Origin: Macrostomum lignano
Lineage: Eukaryota
Direction: 5' to 3'
DNA length: 26,163 bases
Assembly: GCA_002269645.1 (NCBI GenBank)
Contig: NIVC01001631.1
Location: 1-26,163 of the forward strand
Positions 19,434 to 26,163 of this stretch are shown piece after piece; positions within the stretch are counted from its first letter, which is position 1, and every line of letters begins with the position of its first letter. A model generated the notes under the pieces. That model was not told where the DNA came from. It made no database searches and saw only the letters and a list, made by a program, of their open reading frames with translations. Both the position numbers and the translations under genes were made by a program.

Positions 19434-22291
19434 CTGGGTGGGATGGGGCGGCTCTCTAGGTGTGGGATGGGACGACTCTCAGGTGTGGGATGGGGCGGCT
19501 CTTAGGTGTGGGATGGGGCGGCTCTCAGGTGTGGGATGGGGCGGCTCTCAGGTGTGGGATGGGGCGGCTCTCAGGTGTGGGATGGGGCGGCTCTCAGGTG
19601 TGGGATGGGGCGGCTCTCAGGTGTGGGATGGGGCGGCTCTCAGGTGTGGGATAGGGCGGCTCTCAGGTGTGGGATGGGGCGGTTCTCAGGTGTGGGATGG
19701 GGCGGTTCTCAGGTGTGGGATAGGGCGGCTCTCAGGTGTGGGATGGGGCGGCTCTTAGGTGTGGGATGGGGCGGTTCTCAGGTGTGGGATGGGGCGGCTC
19801 TCAGGTGTGGGATGGGGCGGCTCTCAGGTGTGGGATGGGGCGGCTCTCAGGTGTGGGATGGGGCGGCTCTCAGGTGTGGGATGGGGCGGCTCTTAGGTGT
19901 GGGATGGGGCGGCTCTCAGGTGTGGGATAGGGCGGCTCTCAGGTGTGGGATGGGGCGGCTCTTAGGTGTGGGATGGGGCGGTTCTCAGGTGTGGGATGGG
20001 GCGGCTCTCAGGTGTGGGATGGGGCGGCTCTCAGGTGTGGGATGGGGCGGCTCTCAGGTGTGGGATGGGGCGGCTCTTAGGTGTGGGATGGGGCGGCTCT
20101 CAGGTGTGGGATGGGGCGGCTCTCAGGTGTGAGATAGAGGAGGCTGTCAGGTGTGGGATAGGGAGCGATGCTAAGGTGTGGGATGGGGCAGTTCTGAAAT
20201 ATGTTACAGGGAATATTTCAAGCTCAGTCCGCCTACCAGCTCCTCCTCAGTGGAGAACTCGCTCCGGCTGACTCCGGCAGAGACGGCCCGCCAGGAGCGG
20301 CCGCTGACCATGCAGGCGAACAGGCCGTAGAGATGGCCGCAGCCCAGGCTGTCAGCGCTGGCCCGGATGCCGGCCAAGTCGCCGTCTATGATGGCGCGCC
20401 ACAGCCGGCAGTAGCTGAGTCGGAAGTCCGGCGTCAGCTGGTTGTAGAGGCCGTGGTCTAACAGCACTATGCGGACTCCTGCGAATGGTTGAGTTAGAAT
20501 GGTAGTGTAAGCATTGGTATCAGTAGTATCGTCAGTAGTATCGTCAGTAGTATCGTCAGTAGTATTATCAGTAGCATTATCAGTAGTATTAGCAGTAGTG
20601 TCATCTCAGTAGCATTATCAGTAGTATCATCAGTAGTATCATCAGTAGTATCATCAGTAGTATCATCAGTAGTATCATCAGTAGTATCATCAGTAGTATC
20701 ATCAGTAGTATCATCAGTAGTATCATCAGTAGTATCATCAGTAGTATCATCAGTAGTATCATCAGTAGTATCACCAGTAGTATCATCAGTAGTATCACCA
20801 GTAGTATTATCAGTAGTATTATCAGTAGTAATATCAGAAGTATCTTTAGTAGTATTATCAAAGTATTAGCAGTAGTATCATCAGCAGTAGTATCAGTAGC
20901 AGCAGCAGCCGAGCACTAACCGGAAGGCAGTGCAGGGTCGGGCCGCACCAGGAGATTGCCGGGATGAGGGTCGCTGTGCACGAAGCCGCAGTCGAACATC
21001 ATGCAGCTGTACAGCTGGTTCACCTGCTTCACAATCTGGCGCCTGTCCAGCCGGTTGGAGCTGATGTACGCCAGGTCGTCAATCTGGCCGCCCCGGCACA
21101 GCTCCATGACCAGCACCCGCTTGCTGACCAGGCCGGCCACCGCGCCCGGAACCTCCAGCCAGGGGAAGCGGCCGCAGTACAGCCGCCGGGCCAGTCGCAT
21201 GTTCTCGGCCTCGGCGGCGAAGTCCAGCTCGCGCGGCAAATTCCGTCGGGTCTCGTCGACCAGCCATTGAAAGTGAAAGTCGACGAATAGGCGGGACACC
21301 AGGCCCACCAGCCAGTCCATGGTGGCCATGTCGGCCGCGGACCTGGCCAGCACGTCCGGGTGCTGCACCTTCACCGCCACCGGCGTGCCGTCCAGCAGCT
21401 CCGCCCGGTGCACCTGCGCCAGGCTGGCGGCGCCGCACGGTGACGGGTCGATGCTGCGGAATATGCTGTGCGCCTGGGGATCAGGGAATGGGGCTGAGGG
21501 ATCAGGGAATGGGCTGAGGGGATCAGGGAATGGGCTGAGGGGATCAGGGAATGGGCTGAGGGGATCAGGGAATGGGGCTGAGGGGATCAGGGAATGGGGC
21601 TGAGGGGATCAGGGATTGGGGCTGAGGGGATCAGGGAATGGGCTGAGGGGATCAAGGAATGGGCTGAGGGGATCAGGGAATGGGCTGAGGGGATCAGGGA
21701 TTGGGCTGAGGGGATCAGGGAATGGGGCTGAGGGGATCAGGGAATGGGGCTGAGGGGATCAGACAATGGGGCTGAAGGGAACAGATAGATGGGATCCTGT
21801 GGGGATTGGTAAGTCAGAGTCACAGACGTGAAGTGGTGATAGAACAGAAGCAATAAACGCCCCCCTCTCACCGGCCGGCCAAAGTCCTCCTCGATGACCT
21901 GGCGAACCTCTTCAATATTGGAGGCCGGCGCGTCGCTGTGCAGGCGGCCCAGCACCCGGGTGTAGGGCTCCGGCAGCAGGTAATTAAGTGCGGCCAGGTG
22001 CTGCCCGACTTTGACGAAGCAGCCGCGGTTGACGCAGCACAGCCGGTGCAGCCGGTTGGCCGAGCGCTCGTGCACCTCGGCGATGACGGCCGCGTATTCC
22101 GGACTGTCCGGGACTAGGCCGGACAGGCTCCATTTGTAGTCGGCGGCGACCCGGGCGACGATGAGGCCGGCCCGACCAAATCTGAGGACGCCTCGGACAC
22201 CTTGGCCAGCAACGGGGTCCGAGTTTGAGTAGCTGGCCGCTGCCGCTGCCGCTGCCGCCGTGACCGCGACTGCCACTGCTCTGCGGTGATG
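19110..22291 (-). CDS. ADCK1: Spliced gene: aarF/ABC1 (UbiB) family atypical kinase ADCK1, about 513 aa
   Basis: Exons 22291-21872, 21473-20921, 20478-20237, 19433-19110 join in frame (phases 0,1,0). Family motifs: LCCVNRGCFVKVGQHL (KxGQ), GAASLAQVHRA, VAVKVQHP, LPRELDF, GFVHSDPHPGN, LLDHGLY, VPRQMLLLFKANDLLRGIE. From recalled sequence these match animal ADCK1 colinearly. The start codon is unresolved. Confidence 0.93.
19436..20190. repeat. Minisatellite, 23 bp unit GGCGGCTCTCAGGTGTGGGATGG
   Basis: About 32 copies filling the last ADCK1 intron. Confidence 0.96.
20237..20478 (-). CDS. ADCK1: ADCK1 exon C (LDHG motif)
   Basis: ctaactcaaccattcgcag|GA GTC...CTG|gtaggc; VRIVLLDHGLYNQLTPDFRLSYCRLW...FSTEEEL. 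Confidence 0.92.
20519..20900. repeat. Minisatellite, 12 bp unit AGTAGTATCATC
   Basis: About 30 copies in the middle ADCK1 intron. Confidence 0.95.
20921..21473 (-). CDS. ADCK1: ADCK1 exon B (Ala-rich loop, VAVK, catalytic loop)
   Basis: tgatccccag|GCG CAC...TCC G|gttagt; AHSIFRSIDPSPCGAASLAQVH...DPHPGNLLVRPDPALPS. Confidence 0.93.
21476..21776. repeat. G-rich minisatellite, 21-22 bp unit GGGAATGGG(G)CTGAGGGGATCA
   Basis: About 14 copies in the first ADCK1 intron, abutting the exon B acceptor. Confidence 0.95.
21872..22291 (-). CDS. ADCK1: ADCK1 exon A (N-terminus, KxGQ motif)
   Basis: accttgcag|CAT CAC CGC...CGG CCG|gtgaga; HHRRAVAVAVTAAAAAAASYSNSDP...FVKVGQHLAALNYLLPEPY...VIEEDFGRP. The 5' boundary is inferred. 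Confidence 0.88.
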
Positions 22292-22412
22292 CTGCAAGGT
22301 GCCGGGTTTCACCCACTCTGGCGGTTAACCAGCGGCTCGCACCTTAACGTTACCTGGTTGGGCCTTGTATGACCCTTCCCTGACCCTGGTGATCGCATCT
22401 GAGTAAGGCTTG

Positions 22413-22577
22413 ACCCTGACCTCACCTGACCCAAGCCCTACCTGACCCAAGTCCAACCTGACCCAAGTCCCACCTGACCCAAGTCCCACCTGACCCAAGT
22501 CCCACCTGACCTAAGTCCCACCTGACTCAAGTCCCACCTGACCCAAGTCCCACCTGACCCAAGTCCCACGTGACTCA
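22413..22577. repeat. Minisatellite, 16 bp unit CCTGACCCAAGTCCCA
   Basis: About 9-10 copies, 120-290 nt upstream of ADCK1 exon A. Confidence 0.92.
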
Positions 22578-23422
22578 GGCCTGACAAAACTCAGAAAAGA
22601 CAAAAAACAAATAACTGGAATTTCTTCAATGATATGCTTGGGTAAATATACTCGTAAAAAACTGAATATATTATAGATAGTTTACTCAAAAGATCCAGCT
22701 ATGTCATAAGTCAAAAATTACTTAATTCGACTTAACAAAACCATTAAGATTAAGCTCTCAATTAATTTTAGACAATTAATTGACCAATTGCCAGCTTTAA
22801 AATGAGCCAAAAAATCAAACATATGATTTATCACGAGATTAACAATAAATTGCACAATTAATCTATATTAATGATCAATTACTTGTGGCACATAGCTTTA
22901 GCTAGATTACTTTCACTGGAAGAGTCTGCTTATTAAGATGTCTGTAGCAAAGCAGGAATATCGATAATAATAAAAAACTTACACAAAGCGACCGGGAATC
23001 AGAGGTTGAAATCATAGAAATGACATAGTTCATGAAGCAAGTAATTTAGCTAAGTTGATTATTAATATTAAGACAGCTTATAAAATCAAGTTTAGAACAA
23101 CTTCAAGAAACAAGTGATTTATATAACACAGTGAATATTTTGCGATCAACTGTTGCGTTAGTGGAGACGAGTGAAGCCTGGGATTAACACTGCCTTATAC
23201 ACTTGATATTTAAGTATGTTAAAATGAAAAATTAAAATACTGGCATATTACTTCTGAGTAGCAATATTCGCGCATAGGTTTAAATTTTACAGCAGCCCTG
23301 ACTTTCTAATCGTCAGGCATGTGCACTCTGTGCACCTGCAGTCTTCTGCTACTCATAGTAATAAAAAATCGGTACACGATTGACAATATTGGAATTAAAA
23401 AAGTACAGCTCAACAAACTCGG

Positions 23423-23961
23423 TCAGGCCAGAGGACTCTGCTGATCCAGCAGCTCTCGCTGCCTGTGCATCAGTTCTTGTTCTACTCGATAAACCCGCCT
23501 AGTTAGACGATTATTGCGCAATCGCAGGTAGCCAATTAGGGAGGCCTGCCTAGCCAGGAGCTCGTCCATGGGATGCGGCTGCTGCTGAGAATGCTGACGA
23601 TTCAGAACTGTACTACTTGAAGAAGATGACAAGCCAACGTCAGCAACTGACAGCTTGCCACCGGTGGATGTGGTGAAGGAGCCGAATGGATCGTCAGGTT
23701 CTGTCTCGGCGGCATCAGCCGGCTGCTGATGACCCTCCGAGTAGGCGTCAGGCTGAGGCGATGCGGCCACCGACTGCCGCAGACGGCGCAGCAGCCACAG
23801 CAGCAGGCAGGAGTAGACCAGAGACTCGCAGGCCACCACCAGCATGACCAGATGCTGCGGGTAGAGCGGGCCCAGGCAGGCAGATCCGGTCGAGCTGTCG
23901 CCGCCGCCGACGGGGCAAAGCGACGCGGAGAAGCTGAGCATAGCGGAGAGGCCGGCTGTGA
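23423..23961 (-). CDS. TMEM192: TMEM192-like gene, last exon (TM helices and C-terminal coiled coil)
   Basis: ttcccgcag|TC ACA. The segments CESLVYSCLLLWLLRRLRQSVAASPQPD and MDELLARQASLIGYLRLRNNRLTRRV resemble the TMEM192 C-terminus as recalled ([54 protein letters not shown]). No database search was run. Confidence 0.75.
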
Positions 23962-24042
23962 CTGCGGGAATCTCAGCGGGGAGTGGGAATGGACCGCCTG
24001 TCACTTGTCAAATTTTAACGCCCTCTGTAGATGAAATGGCGT

Positions 24043-24462
24043 GTACACTCAGGCATGTACACACTCAGGCATGTACACTCTCAGGCATGTACACTCTCAG
24101 GCATGTACACTCAGGCATGTACACTCTCAGGCATGTACACTCTCAGGCATGTACACTCTCAGGCATGTACACTCTCAGGCATGTACACTCTCAGGTAATG
24201 TACACTCTCAGGCATGTACACTCTCAGGCATGTACACTCTCAGGTATGTACACTCTCAGGTATGTACACTCTCAGGTAATGTACACTCTCAGGCATGTAC
24301 ACTCTCAGGCATGTACACTCTCAGGCATGTACACTCTCAGGCATGTACACTCTCAGGCATGTACACTCTCAGGCATGTACACTCTCAGGCATGTACACTC
24401 TCAGGCATGTACACTCTCAGGCATGTACACTCTCAGGCATGTACACTCTCAGGCATGTACAC
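24043..24462. repeat. Minisatellite, 16 bp unit ACTCTCAGGCATGTAC
   Basis: About 26 copies in the last TMEM192-like intron. Confidence 0.96.
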
Positions 24463-24521
24463 AATTTCCTAGAATCAGAAGGCAGCCTTCAAATACAGAT
24501 GAGCTGGCACCAGCTACTCAC

Positions 24522-24808
24522 AGCAGGCGCAGGTATAGAATGGCAGCCTGGCATAGCGCAGGCAGCAGCGGGCCACGCTGAGGTAGCCCGAGCGGGTCAT
24601 TTGCCGACAGAACAAAGCAGGCAGCCCTGGCAGGTCAGGGCCAAGCCGAACTGCAGACAGTTAATGCTAGCCGAATAAGCCAACTGCAGTTGCCAGGCGC
24701 ACATTGGCTCCGAGCTGCCGCAGTGGTGCTGTTGGGTGGCCGCTTGAACCAGGAAAATATTGCGGTGCAGCTGTACGGCAGCCAGAAGTGAACTGAGGAC
24801 AGCAAGAG
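24522..24808 (-). CDS. TMEM192: TMEM192-like gene, middle exon (needs two +1 nt corrections)
   Basis: ttttccgcctgtcccgcag|...TGC T|gtgagt. RQMTRSGYLSVARCCLRYARLPFY matches the TMEM192 K-x-R-x-x-GY...RL motif. The 5' part reads LLLSSVHFWLPYSC. Frame switches occur near 24723 and 24615. Confidence 0.62.
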
Positions 24809-25112
24809 CTGCGGGACAGGCGGAAAAGGTTCAGTTAGTATATAGTGGGGCGGCAGGCAGGCACGCGCTCTTACAGGGTGTACATGTACATCTGCGCTCA
24901 CTTTTTCTGGTCGGGGAGTTTTCATTACAAATGGTAAACTTGAGTTGAGTAAAACATTAAATATATCGATTGGGAGATCAATGTATTCGGAATTTTAATC
25001 TTGTAAAGCCCAGTGTTTGTGAAATTTAGGTGACCATGCCGAGTTAACATTATCATAAAAATCATTCAGAATGCTTGATCTCCCTCCCTATCGATCTTCC
25101 TAATGTTAAACA

Positions 25113-25539
25113 TCGTCATCATCATAATAATCATGATTAATCATCATCATAACCATTAAGCATCATCATCATGATCATCATCATGATAATCATCATGATC
25201 TCACATCATCATCAGAATAATCATAATGATCTCGCACCATCATCATCATAAAAAATCATCATGATTTACATCATCATCATCATCAAAATAATCATCATGA
25301 TCTCTTGTTCGGGATCAATTTGGGACTTCGAGGGCAATGTACGAGCGTAGGATTTCTTTTGGATCAAAACTGAGATTTACCACATCATCATCATTAGAAT
25401 AATCATCATGATCTCACATCATACTCATCATCATGATAATCATCATCATCATCATCAGAATAATCATCATGATCAGTCATCATCATCATCAGAATAATCA
25501 TCATGATCAGTCATCATCATCATCAGAATAATCATCATG
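25113..25539. repeat. Degenerate (CAT/GAT/AAT)n trinucleotide-based repeat, interrupted at about 25303-25380
   Basis: ATCATCATGAT-type runs and a repeated block CATCATCATCAGAATAATCATCATGATC. Confidence 0.88.
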
Positions 25540-25757
25540 ACGAATTAGCTTGCTCAATCTCCTGACAATAAGAGATCAGCAGTCCAGTACAAAACATTTG
25601 CATACATCAACCATCGAGTTTTTTATCTGAAATCTTTTAATTCCTTAAAGCTGTTTCACCTGAGCCTGGAGACTGGCGACCTCCATGTTGACAGAACCCC
25701 TATACCTAACAGACTATTTGAAATCATGGACTATAACACCACCAGTCGGCAGCTCAC

Positions 25758-25979
25758 ATAGACAGCAGTGTGGCAATGCAGAAGCAGACGCAAAACAAGT
25801 CCGGCCGTCTGTGTCGAAAGCGCCGGAAGCAGCAGCAGCTGCTGGCAGCACAGGCCGCCGCCCTCAGTGTCCTCCGCGTCGTTTAACTTATCGAATCTCT
25901 CGCTACTGGGACTAAACCGAATCCTAAAGGCGTGTTGCCGGCCTGGCAGCAGCGGAACCGTCGCGACGAATATTCGCCG
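25758..25979 (-). CDS. Candidate upstream exon of the TMEM192-like gene
   Basis: Open frame ...DAEDTEGGGLCCQQLLLLPALSTQTAGLVLRLLLHCHTAVY ending at a phase-0 donor |gtgagc (25757), compatible with the exon at 24808. The 5' boundary and start codon are not resolved. Confidence 0.4.
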
Positions 25980-26163
25980 TTATTGTCGCGCCGTTAGAGT
26001 CGCTGTCGTAATTCGCTAGGTTGACGGGGCAGTGTTGCCGGCTGTGGCTGCTGTTGGCTGATGGCGCAACGAACCGGAGGCAGCCGATCTTAGCGAAGAC
26101 TGAAGTCGTTTTTTGTTATGACTCTTTTAGATTTACTCCGCTGGCTGAGTACTGACTGAGTAG

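Noticed and set aside
20601-20861. (MILL)n hydrophobic ORF resembling a membrane peptide
   Set aside because: Translation of the 12-bp AGTAGTATCATC array inside a GT-AG intron of ADCK1.
24902-24925. Mini first exon MKTPRPEK with phase-0 donor gtgagc (93-nt intron to 24808) as the TMEM192-like start
   Set aside because: Formally in frame, but it would omit the first TM segment expected for TMEM192 and lies in AT-rich sequence. Kept only as an unsupported alternative.
25685-26019. Plus-strand ORFs of 76-83 aa at the window end
   Set aside because: They are the antisense shadow of the GC-rich minus-strand candidate exon, with no independent support.

Overview
Eukaryotic (animal) genomic DNA. 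GC-rich exons sit in introns that are mostly filled with short-period minisatellites, which make up roughly half of the window. This style suggests a Macrostomum-like flatworm, but that is inference only. Three spliced genes can be rebuilt from GT-AG junctions. (1) Plus strand, 5'-truncated, 11 exons (1235-17720): a single-pass membrane protein with two tandem pairs of Cys-rich modules, a full ZP domain, a transmembrane helix and a tail ending in a PDZ-type motif (SQV*). (2) Minus strand, ADCK1 (ABC1/UbiB atypical kinase), 4 exons (22291-19110), convergent with gene 1. Its first recognisable coding exon has no in-frame ATG. (3) Minus strand, TMEM192-like gene (about 25979-23423), ending about 1.1 kb upstream of ADCK1 in the same orientation. 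Most long ORFs in the supplied track are repeat artefacts. The main leads are a possible spliced-leader-donated start codon and TMEM192-ADCK1 operon, and a different minisatellite in 15 of 16 introns with almost none outside introns. Other leads are repeat arrays made of splice-site-like units and several one-base frame deficits that look like long-read homopolymer errors. No rRNA, tRNA, CRISPR array or recognisable transposase was found.
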